Below, piece by piece: positions 8,749-16,718 of a stretch of DNA of 64,000 nt. Origin of the DNA: an uncultured Chlamydiae bacterium (lineage in GTDB: Bacteria > Chlamydiota > Chlamydiia > Chlamydiales > JAJFMB01); contig CAVOJR010000001.1 in the NCBI GenBank assembly GCA_963696295.1, forward strand, positions 2,240,001 through 2,304,000, in the 5' to 3' direction. Every line of letters begins with the position of its first letter. Position 1 is the first letter of the stretch. A program made the translations under genes and the position numbers. The notes beneath the pieces are model-generated. The model saw only the letters and a program-made list of their open reading frames with translations. It was not told where the DNA came from and did not search any database.

Positions 8749-11700
8749 ATGAGTTCGGTAGATACAGTAAAGAATTTTTTGGGCGACTGCTTAAAGCAAT
8801 TAGGGACCTTCTTATTTACGACCTGGCAAGGCCGGTTGATTCTGGGGGGTGCAGGCCTCTATTTGCTCAAAGATAGAATTAGCTCCTTGTTTAAGAGTAC
8901 CATAGGCGACAAAAATCCGAACACCCCCGGTTCTTCTTTTGAAAGCGGCGGCCTAAAAGTCAACGTCACCTCATCGATCAACCCTTCGGACCCCAATGAA
9001 ACTTATGTCCGGGTTACGGTCGACCCGCAAACGGACACGGCAAAAAAAGTGGCTGCAAAGGCCGAATTTTATATCCTCGGCGATGAAAGCGGCTCTATGT
9101 TTACTAGTGCGGATATGAAATCAAAGAGAGGTTCCTTAATTCATCGAATGGCTTCTGTTCTGGAAGGGATCAAAGAACTAGTGAAGTTTGGCTTCGACCA
9201 TCCTTCCTGCGATTTCAAGGTCTCCTTTTGCACTTTTGACACCGCCTTCAAAGAGCGGTTTACGCAAATCAAATCAAGCGATGTGACAAAACCCAGTCCA
9301 GGCGGCAACTTGGATGGCATAAACTTCTCTCAAGGGGGCACCGATATCAAGCAGGCTCTTGTAGGGATGACCAACTATATTAAAACGCTTCCTGACGACA
9401 GCCAAACCCCAAGGGTACTGATTGTTTTAACCGACGGTGAAGATATTAGTTTTCTCAACTCCAGTCAGTATAATTTAAATCAGACTGATCCCCTCATTGA
9501 ATTCCAGACTGTTTGTAAACAAAAAAACATGAGTGTGGTGGCCGTCGGCATGAGCAACAGTCACGACAGAAATGTTTTAAAGAAAATCATCACCGAAAGC
9601 CAAGATGCAAACGGCCGCCCCGTCTTTCTGCCAAACAGCCGCTACTACTTTATTGACGGCAATCCCGTTGTGGAAGGCTCTTCCGACCATAATGAAGGAA
9701 AGCGCACATTCCCTCAGCTTGTGGAAGAGGTTTGCAGCGCCATTGCCTCCAAAACGCATGATGATATGTCGATTTCTTTGGGTTGCGACTCGAGCATTAT
9801 TGGAAGCGATAAGATCAAAAAGGCAAACAAGCTCTATCGATTGGGCGAGCTGGCGAATGCCCAGGTTGAGATTATCTTAAAAGTAAAAACAGACAGTAAA
9901 CCCTGCGAAATTAACTTTAAGGCGACGCCGCTCGATGGATCGCAGCCTGTCGATATAAAACTTAGCCATCCTTTAAACACGAAGGTCAATAACGAGGTCT
10001 TTAGCAAAGTTATCGTCGATGAGTTGAAAAGAGCTTTGTCTGACGCCTGCGACACCTATAATTATCAAAAAGCCGATACCTTTGAGCCAAGCAGAAAGAT
10101 TATACAGAACGCTTTGGCCCGCAGCGCTGTCTTGAATCCTAAACCCCAGGAAATCATCAGTCTTGAAGAGAAGCTGCGCAAAGTGCTCGCTGCCATCAAC
10201 AGCGGCCAGCAAATTGATGACGCCACCGGAAGAGCGGTCCTCAGCATTCAAACAAGACTACCCACCTTGTCCTCGGGGAGCTCGGACCCTTCCAAAACGG
10301 GTTCATCAGGCGTCACGCGGCAATTAACGGCTAATAACGCCTATTCGGCTGCCGGCGCTAATAGGCCTAACACCGTTTTAGGAACGATTCAAAAGACTAT
10401 CAAAGATATTTACGAAGGGATCAGGTTGAGCGTGGCGGCAAAGATCAATCGCGGGCAGATGATCATCAATCCGGAAGCGGCTAAACTTCACGGTCTCGCC
10501 TTTCCTCTTGGGTATGATATCCTGGGATTGGAATCGGGAACCATCTTATCGATACCGCCGGGAAACACCAATAACGATGGCTCTATTAATGCCGAGTTTA
10601 TCGGAGACAGTGAAATTGCCGCCTTTTGCGCAAGGCATAAGCTGCACTTTAAATTGGTTATGCAACCCGAATGTCAGATCAATTTGGATCTGGCCACCAA
10701 AAAAGCGCTGCTCATTCCGGATGACGCCACCCATTTTCAATGGATCGATCCATCCGCCCTGGAACCGGTATTTGATGACGATTGCGATCCAGGTCTGAAA
10801 TGGAAAAAGGATGACGAATTTGATGACAAGGCTCCCAAGAGGAATAAGCTGGATGAGCTGATGGCCAAAGAACTCAGCCCCATCGCCTGCAACCTGCTTA
10901 ACGTTGGCGGCTTTATTTACCATTCCGGGCACCATTTTGTCGATAGAGGGCAAAATGTTCCTCCGCCGCCGGTGGAAAAGCGGAATTTTTGTTTTGCCAA
11001 TGGAATCTGGGAGGATGCGGTCACGAAACAGCGGTATTACGAGGACTCTCCCGAAGCTGATAAGATGAAGCGGGTCACCTCGCAAATCCGGGTCGTGAAC
11101 AGTCCCTTTAAAGCCCTGCCGAACCAGGTGCTTCCTCTCGGCAAGCCAGCTTCAGTGCCGGCTGCGGTTCATGATACCTTAAAAGAGTGGACAAGCCATC
11201 TGGAAGAGTGTCCCTATATGTCCGAAGTGACGATACCCGATCTTCGGGCTAAGGGATTGAAGTATTTTAAATGGTTGAATCCGGGCGATCCTTTAATCAA
11301 ACAAACGAAAGAGCATTTATATCAAACCTGTCAGACTACCGAAAGAGTAAATTATGCCCCTAATGGCGGATGGGGAAATTACGGAGTTTATGTTTATTAT
11401 TCCGACGATCCTACCAAATCGTGCATGTCCCCGGTTGTTTCCTTGAGCGAAGCCGTGCGCAACCTTAAAGGAAAATATTTCAGCTGTGAAATTGATCCTG
11501 TTTCGCAAACGGCTCATGAGAGTCTTATTTCCGATACGTGCGTTGTTTGTTATGACAAACCCCCGGCCTTCAAATTTGACAGCTGCGACCACCCCCCAAA
11601 AAAGGACGACGACGGGAACATTATCAAAGGGTCTGGCAAAGCGATTGTGTGTGGAGACTGTTTGCCGCATATTATCCAGGGGCAGAGGGTAGAAGATCCC

Positions 11701-12465
11701 TATAGTCATGGCGTTTCCTATCTCAATGCCTGCCAATGTCCGGAATGCCGCACAACGTTTAATAATGCCGTTCCTGCGGCAGCAAATAGTACCGATGTCG
11801 TGGCTGAGATTGGAAAAAATCACAAAAACATCCCCTTTAGCCTTGGCAAAATTGATATTGATTATGGCGTATCGGACTGGCTGACGCGCGGATTGCTGCA
11901 AAATCCGACCTTTTTATCTAAAAAGTATCCGATAAACGATAAGATCAGGAACAAATTCAACTTACCGGCTTCTTGTCAGGAGTGGGCCTTTGTTTATCCT
12001 GTCTACGGCAAGCAGCTTTCAGATGCCTTTTCGGAGGTCATTATGGCCCATGAGATTATCAGCCGCTTGAACGCTGATGCCGATAATGAGGAAGAGGCGA
12101 ACCTCATGGCCGGCCTGTTTACGATCGGGGGCTTTGCCTTCTTCGATACAAAGGGAACCGTGCAATCCGCCTATTCCTTCCTGGGAGATAAAAAGGTTTC
12201 CAATAGCATCACGGTCAATGCCGAATTGAGTACAAACACGGCTAAAAAGGGTGCCATTGACGCGGCCTACACCAAGCTGCTTGAAACGCAAAAGAAGGAT
12301 GAAATTAAGCAGGGAGATCAGCCGGATATCGGCAGGATCACTTTGGGGCTGTTTTTCCCCTTTGCCGAGTACTTCCAGTTTGCCGGCGACAGCTTCAGCT
12401 ATCGCTCGCATGATGGAACGGGCAACGCCTTCTTTAGCTATCGCTTAACTGACCTGATCAGCTAA
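8749..12465 (+). CDS. vWA-domain and RING-finger protein, putative secreted effector
   Basis: MIDAS DESGS, GGTDI, VLTDGED. RING-like CVVC-x11-CDH...CGDC...CPEC at about 11539-11748. Confidence 0.8.
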   Translation: MSSVDTVKNFLGDCLKQLGTFLFTTWQGRLILGGAGLYLLKDRISSLFKSTIGDKNPNTPGSSFESGGLKVNVTSSINPSDPNETYVRVTVDPQTDTAKKVAAKAEFYILGDESGSMFTSADMKSKRGSLIHRMASVLEGIKELVKFGFDHPSCDFKVSFCTFDTAFKERFTQIKSSDVTKPSPGGNLDGINFSQGGTDIKQALVGMTNYIKTLPDDSQTPRVLIVLTDGEDISFLNSSQYNLNQTDPLIEFQTVCKQKNMSVVAVGMSNSHDRNVLKKIITESQDANGRPVFLPNSRYYFIDGNPVVEGSSDHNEGKRTFPQLVEEVCSAIASKTHDDMSISLGCDSSIIGSDKIKKANKLYRLGELANAQVEIILKVKTDSKPCEINFKATPLDGSQPVDIKLSHPLNTKVNNEVFSKVIVDELKRALSDACDTYNYQKADTFEPSRKIIQNALARSAVLNPKPQEIISLEEKLRKVLAAINSGQQIDDATGRAVLSIQTRLPTLSSGSSDPSKTGSSGVTRQLTANNAYSAAGANRPNTVLGTIQKTIKDIYEGIRLSVAAKINRGQMIINPEAAKLHGLAFPLGYDILGLESGTILSIPPGNTNNDGSINAEFIGDSEIAAFCARHKLHFKLVMQPECQINLDLATKKALLIPDDATHFQWIDPSALEPVFDDDCDPGLKWKKDDEFDDKAPKRNKLDELMAKELSPIACNLLNVGGFIYHSGHHFVDRGQNVPPPPVEKRNFCFANGIWEDAVTKQRYYEDSPEADKMKRVTSQIRVVNSPFKALPNQVLPLGKPASVPAAVHDTLKEWTSHLEECPYMSEVTIPDLRAKGLKYFKWLNPGDPLIKQTKEHLYQTCQTTERVNYAPNGGWGNYGVYVYYSDDPTKSCMSPVVSLSEAVRNLKGKYFSCEIDPVSQTAHESLISDTCVVCYDKPPAFKFDSCDHPPKKDDDGNIIKGSGKAIVCGDCLPHIIQGQRVEDPYSHGVSYLNACQCPECRTTFNNAVPAAANSTDVVAEIGKNHKNIPFSLGKIDIDYGVSDWLTRGLLQNPTFLSKKYPINDKIRNKFNLPASCQEWAFVYPVYGKQLSDAFSEVIMAHEIISRLNADADNEEEANLMAGLFTIGGFAFFDTKGTVQSAYSFLGDKKVSNSITVNAELSTNTAKKGAIDAAYTKLLETQKKDEIKQGDQPDIGRITLGLFFPFAEYFQFAGDSFSYRSHDGTGNAFFSYRLTDLIS

Positions 12466-12475
12466 AGTGATTATG

Positions 12476-12496
12476 GGCCGGGTAAAATGCCCGGCC
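12476..12496 (+). terminator. Putative intrinsic terminator
   Basis: GGCCGGG-TAAAATG-CCCGGCC then TTCT, 10 nt after the stop. Confidence 0.65.
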
Positions 12497-12844
12497 TTCT
12501 CTATAACAGGGAAAAAAAATGTTTCTGCCCGCTCTCAAAATATTGCTCCCTTTTCGAGGCGTTACCCTTTCAAAATGACACTTACCCTTTGGGCTGACTG
12601 CCTCTTTTAAAGTGGCCGGAGCCAAACTAAAATTATAACAAATGCCGTCTAGTATAAAGAGAGGGCCATGGAAGAGGCCGGAGAACTCGAAAACGCCTAT
12701 AATATCCGGCTGCGAAGCGTGAGTTTCAAGCGGCTAAAATAGCGGATTTGCTGCTTCAATTGGAATACGACAGGCTCTAATCCGAGCTTTTCGAAAAATT
12801 ATAACGGGTAGCCGAGAAAATCACCCTTCCCGTCTACCCATAAC

Positions 12845-13417
12845 TTAAGAGGCTGAAGGGGTATCTTCTCCTTCTCGAAGTTTTAATCCTTCAAATGATT
12901 TGGATAGATCCTCAATCACAGGCATTACTTTCTTAGTGATTTTAGCCGTTATTTTTTTTCCTGTTGCTGCGCTTGGGTCAAATACAATGTTCATTTTGTA
13001 GGTGTTATTCATGTATTCAGGAGTGCCCGATTTTGCTTCCGACCATGTTGGAGATTCTGGTTTTTCGAGCTCAACAGGGTGCTTTCCGGTTATTATTGGT
13101 TGATCACAACCCAACCATCCCAGCACAGAAACGGTCATATCTTTCCATTCGTCAGAGTATATAGGCACAGCTTTGAAGAGTTTATTACCATTATTTTTAA
13201 TATTAATGCCTAATTGTTGCTCCTCTTTGGGATCTTTTTTTGAATTAATAATTCCGCGAATTTCAGCTTTCTCACTGCCCTGAAAATGTGTGTTTTCATC
13301 TTCATCATCCCAATCTGTGTTTTTTACATGAATATCAACTGCTTTGAGATAGGCAATATTATCCATTAGATAGGGTCCTTGCCAATACATTTCTAACCGA
13401 ATCATTTGATCCTCCAT
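12845..13417 (-). CDS. Hypothetical protein, AT-rich gene
   Basis: 190-aa ORF with its own near-consensus promoter; no recognised motif. Confidence 0.7.
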   Translation of the reverse strand: MEDQMIRLEMYWQGPYLMDNIAYLKAVDIHVKNTDWDDEDENTHFQGSEKAEIRGIINSKKDPKEEQQLGINIKNNGNKLFKAVPIYSDEWKDMTVSVLGWLGCDQPIITGKHPVELEKPESPTWSEAKSGTPEYMNNTYKMNIVFDPSAATGKKITAKITKKVMPVIEDLSKSFEGLKLREGEDTPSAS

Positions 13418-13441
13418 TATAATTTATTTAAAAACGTTATA

Positions 13442-13470
13442 ATTATATAATATCGCTTATTATAAAGCAA
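13442..13470 (-). promoter_or_regulatory. Putative sigma66/70 promoter
   Basis: Minus strand TTGCTT-N17-TATAAT. Confidence 0.65.
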
Positions 13471-13503
13471 GGATAAATAGAATAAGTAACAAAGGGGCTT
13501 GGG

Positions 13504-13540
13504 AAGCTGAGCAGAGTGCTCGAAGCAACTGCGCTCAGCT
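13504..13540 (-). terminator. Stem-loop downstream of dnaX-ybaB
   Basis: AAGCTGAGC...GCTCAGCTT 9-bp stem with inner TGCT/AGCA pairing. Confidence 0.55.
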
Positions 13541-13553
13541 TGATGACTGGGGT

Positions 13554-13868
13554 TTAAAACCCTAAGCCCGCGAACCCGGGGAATCCGCCGGTGGGCAGCC
13601 CTTGAGTGGCTTCTTTTTGCAGCTTGTTGTTGGCGTCTTCGTAGGCGGCCTTGATCAGGTCTTCGAGGCCTTCGATATCGTCCTTATCGACGCATTCGGG
13701 TTTAATCTTGATGCTGGCCATCTCGTTTTCCCCTTTCAGCGTGATGGTGACGAGGCCGTTGCCGGCTTGGCCGACCACTTCCATATCGCGCATTTTTTCT
13801 TGTAGCTGAGCGAATTGCTCTTGTATCATTTTAGCTTGCTTTTTCTTCTTTGCGAATCCAGATCCCAT
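13554..13868 (-). CDS. ybaB: YbaB/EbfC nucleoid-associated protein
   Basis: GQAGNGLVTITLKG...DDIEGLEDLIKAA; directly downstream of dnaX. Confidence 0.95.
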   Translation of the reverse strand: MGSGFAKKKKQAKMIQEQFAQLQEKMRDMEVVGQAGNGLVTITLKGENEMASIKIKPECVDKDDIEGLEDLIKAAYEDANNKLQKEATQGLPTGGFPGFAGLGF

Positions 13869-13871
13869 ATT

Positions 13872-15425
13872 TTATCCTTTCTGTACAGTTCCCTCAAGTT
13901 CCACCGCGGCAAAGTGCATCAGAGTGTCGTAGCGGCTTTGTTGTTCCGCTGAAATCTTTGCGGCCGTTTTCTTGTCGGGAGAGGGTTTAATGCCCAGCTC
14001 CTCGGGGGTCGGCGTCGGGTCGACCGTGAGGGCGGGGGTTTCTTTCTTTTTAACTTTGGGGGGTGCCTTAACGGGCGCCTCAGGTGCTTTTACGGCTGCA
14101 GGCGGCTCAATGACCGCAGGCTGCGCCTTTGGCGCAATAATCGCCTGCGGCACTGGCATTGGGGCCTGTGCTTTTGGCGCAATGACTGCAGGCTGCGGCG
14201 CTGGCGCAGGCGCTGGCGTCTGTGCTTTTGGCGGGGCGGCAACCTCTTGGGCCGTCTCGGCGGGCTGTTTTCCGGCGATCTTGTCTTCCAGCTCCGTCAA
14301 GCTGCGGACCAATACCTCGATCGGCAGCCTCTGATGCACGCGCATCACATGGAGCAATATCGACTCGAGCGCGATCCGGGGGGAGGGCATAAAGCGCACT
14401 TTGTTCTGCTCTTCGACGAGGTATTCCAGCAAATTGAGGCACTGCTCTTTGGTGTACAGCTTGGCCGACTGGGCATACTTTTCCCGCTCATTTTCGGAGA
14501 GGAGGAGATAGTCGCCGTGCGGGCCGCTGAGCTTCACCAGGAGGAGGTTGCGGAAATGCTCTACCAGGCTCTCGATAAAGTGCAATAAATCCTTCCCTTG
14601 CGAAAAGACGAGGTGGGCCACTTCAAAGGCAAAGGCGAAGCGCCCCTCTTTTCCGGCGGCGTCGAGCTCAAACAAAATATCGCGCGCCACGATCCCCAGC
14701 ACCGAAGAGACGGTGTCCACAGTAATTTGTCCGTCGTGAAAGACGAGGATCTGGTCGAGCAGCGATTCGGCGTCGCGCAAGCCCCCGTCGGCGCATTTGG
14801 CGAGCAGATGGAGCGCTTCCTCTTCCGCGAGAACCCCTAAATCGGTGGCGATAGCGCGGAGCTTGTTTACGATGGCCTCGAGCGGGATGCGATTCAAATT
14901 GAAGCGCTGGCAGCGGCTGAGGATCGTCGGCAACACTTTGTGCGGCTCGGTCGTGGCAAAGAGAAATTTGACATTTGGCGGGGGCTCCTCCAAGGTTTTG
15001 AGCAGCGCGTTGAACGCCTCCTTAGTGAGCATATGCACTTCATCGATAATATAAATTTTGTAGCGGCCGGAGGAGGCGGCATACCCTACAGTGTCATTGA
15101 TCTGCCGGATATCGTCGATGCCGCGGTGGGAAGCTCCGTCGATCTCCAACACATCGAGCGACTGCCCCGAAGTGATCTCTTTACAGGAGCTGCAGGTGTT
15201 GCACGGCTCAAAATTTTCATTGAGATGGGCGCAGTTCAGCGCTTTGGCCAAAACGCGGGCGAGCGTCGTCTTGCCGGTGCCGCGCGATCCGCAGAAGAGG
15301 TAGGCATGCGCGAGCCGCTCCGACCGGAGCGCGTTCTTTAACGTCTGGACGATCGCTTCTTGACCCACTATTTCGGCAAACGACTGCGGGCGATATTTTC
15401 TGGCTATGACTTGATAGGTTGGCAT
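13872..15425 (-). CDS. dnaX: DNA polymerase III gamma/tau
   Basis: ARKYRPQSF, GSRGTGKTT, IIDEVHML, FNALLKTLEEPP, TILSRCQ. Confidence 0.98.
   Translation of the reverse strand: MPTYQVIARKYRPQSFAEIVGQEAIVQTLKNALRSERLAHAYLFCGSRGTGKTTLARVLAKALNCAHLNENFEPCNTCSSCKEITSGQSLDVLEIDGASHRGIDDIRQINDTVGYAASSGRYKIYIIDEVHMLTKEAFNALLKTLEEPPPNVKFLFATTEPHKVLPTILSRCQRFNLNRIPLEAIVNKLRAIATDLGVLAEEEALHLLAKCADGGLRDAESLLDQILVFHDGQITVDTVSSVLGIVARDILFELDAAGKEGRFAFAFEVAHLVFSQGKDLLHFIESLVEHFRNLLLVKLSGPHGDYLLLSENEREKYAQSAKLYTKEQCLNLLEYLVEEQNKVRFMPSPRIALESILLHVMRVHQRLPIEVLVRSLTELEDKIAGKQPAETAQEVAAPPKAQTPAPAPAPQPAVIAPKAQAPMPVPQAIIAPKAQPAVIEPPAAVKAPEAPVKAPPKVKKKETPALTVDPTPTPEELGIKPSPDKKTAAKISAEQQSRYDTLMHFAAVELEGTVQKG
14060..14240 (-). 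repeat. Degenerate in-frame Pro/Ala repeat (APKAQ-like, three copies) in the DnaX linker
   Basis: PPKAQ..PQPAVIAPKAQ..PQAIIAPKAQPAVI; the DNA motif gc(c/t)tttggcg recurs. Confidence 0.7.
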
Positions 15426-15504
15426 GCCTTTTAGTTTATAGAGGCGCCCAAATTTTTGGCTACTGGTTTCGCTATGTAAGGGGAATTGAATTCCCCAAAA
15501 GGGC

Positions 15505-15729
15505 TTATTCTTTCTTTTCTTCTGCTAAACGGGGATGGGGCATCCCTGCAGCCATCGTGTACAAGGCCAAAGTGACCATAATTTTAGCTGTTTCACTGGG
15601 TTCTCCTTTGGCATCCGTCACCTCTTTTTGAATAGACTGAGACGGCCCGGCTTCTCCCGCTCCCTTCGTTGTTTTATCATGATGAAAAATATTTGTAATG
15701 TGTTGTAATCCAGCTTTCATGGCATCCAT
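15505..15729 (-). CDS. Small hypothetical protein downstream of the TPR chaperone
   Basis: 74 aa, strong RBS GGAGGTG, 13 nt after the chaperone stop. Confidence 0.7.
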   Translation of the reverse strand: MDAMKAGLQHITNIFHHDKTTKGAGEAGPSQSIQKEVTDAKGEPSETAKIMVTLALYTMAAGMPHPRLAEEKKE

Positions 15730-15742
15730 CGCACACCTCCCT

Positions 15743-16471
15743 TTATTTTGACGTTAAAGATTTCAGATAGGTTCCCCACTTCTTTTCCAAAGAGGGATCT
15801 TTTGCGATTAGTTTCAAGGCTATATCGATCTCTTTTTCCGCCTCCGGTTTTTGATTCAAATTCAAATAGCACTCCGCAAGAGAGATCCTGGGGCCGGCCT
15901 TTGTCGGATCCATCTCACTGACCATAGTGAAAGTGTCTATAGCTCTTTGATACTGATGCAAATACTGGTAGCAAAGCCCCAAGGCATTCCATAAATCGGG
16001 GCTGAAGGGATTCAACGCCGTCGCTAGGGCGAAGACATCTGCAGCGTTTTTGAAATCCCCCCTATCAGCCGCCCCTTTGCCGACGGCATAGATAGAGCGG
16101 ATAGTCCCATCGCTCAAACCCAAAAACTCCTGGATAGAAAAAGATCTCTTCTCATGGAATGCTTCTATCAGCGCATCGGGCAGTTTTGACAGGGATTTCT
16201 CATTGATCTTAGCCAGATCCTTTTGAAACTCTTTGAGTTTATCGCCCTTCAACACCTCTCCCATCTCTGCATGGACAATGTCCAAGCCGCGCTGGAGGGT
16301 GTTGGCTAACTCTTTGTCCTTCAACATGTTCCTGATCTCTTCGAGGTGTCTCTTTTTCAATTGGTCGGCGCTTATGAGATTCGTCGCATGAGCCTGATAA
16401 TACTCGTCGCTCTCCAGCAGCGACACAGCTGCTTCCTCAAGCAAAGTCTTCTCTTTTTGATTTGTAACCAT
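15743..16471 (-). CDS. TPR protein, SycD/LcrH-like T3SS class II chaperone with N-terminal extension
   Basis: IQEFLGLSDGTIRSIYAVG...AADVFALATALNPF..DLWNALGLCYQ...three TPRs; RBS AAGGAGGTG. Confidence 0.8.
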   Translation of the reverse strand: MVTNQKEKTLLEEAAVSLLESDEYYQAHATNLISADQLKKRHLEEIRNMLKDKELANTLQRGLDIVHAEMGEVLKGDKLKEFQKDLAKINEKSLSKLPDALIEAFHEKRSFSIQEFLGLSDGTIRSIYAVGKGAADRGDFKNAADVFALATALNPFSPDLWNALGLCYQYLHQYQRAIDTFTMVSEMDPTKAGPRISLAECYLNLNQKPEAEKEIDIALKLIAKDPSLEKKWGTYLKSLTSK

Positions 16472-16499
16472 AAAACACCTCCTTGCAGGTTTAATGTAA

Positions 16500-16529
16500 A
16501 TTATAAATAAAAATAAACAAGTAAGTCAA
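16500..16529 (-). promoter_or_regulatory. Putative sigma66/70 promoter
   Basis: Minus strand TTGACT-N18-TATAAT. Confidence 0.6.
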
Positions 16530-16718
16530 ATTAATGTTATATGTTAATAATAAATTAATAAAATGCTGGTGGTTATGGTGCTCAAAAATTTTTAGTTGAT
16601 TGGAGAAAGAATATTGCCAAATAATGGCGTTCGGATGAGAATGGACTCAAGAATTTGTTGGAAAATATCTTCAAAAAGATCAAAATGTTACATTTTTGAT
16701 TCTGATCAGGTGGAATAA

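Noticed and set aside
12500..12810. Gene remnant or mobile element downstream of the vWA-RING gene
   Set aside because: Only short broken frames and a 9-bp repeat (ttacccttt); nothing assignable.
14040..14062. dnaX programmed -1 frameshift site
   Set aside because: The sequence is T AAA AAG, not the A AAA AAG heptamer, and no stimulatory element is evident.
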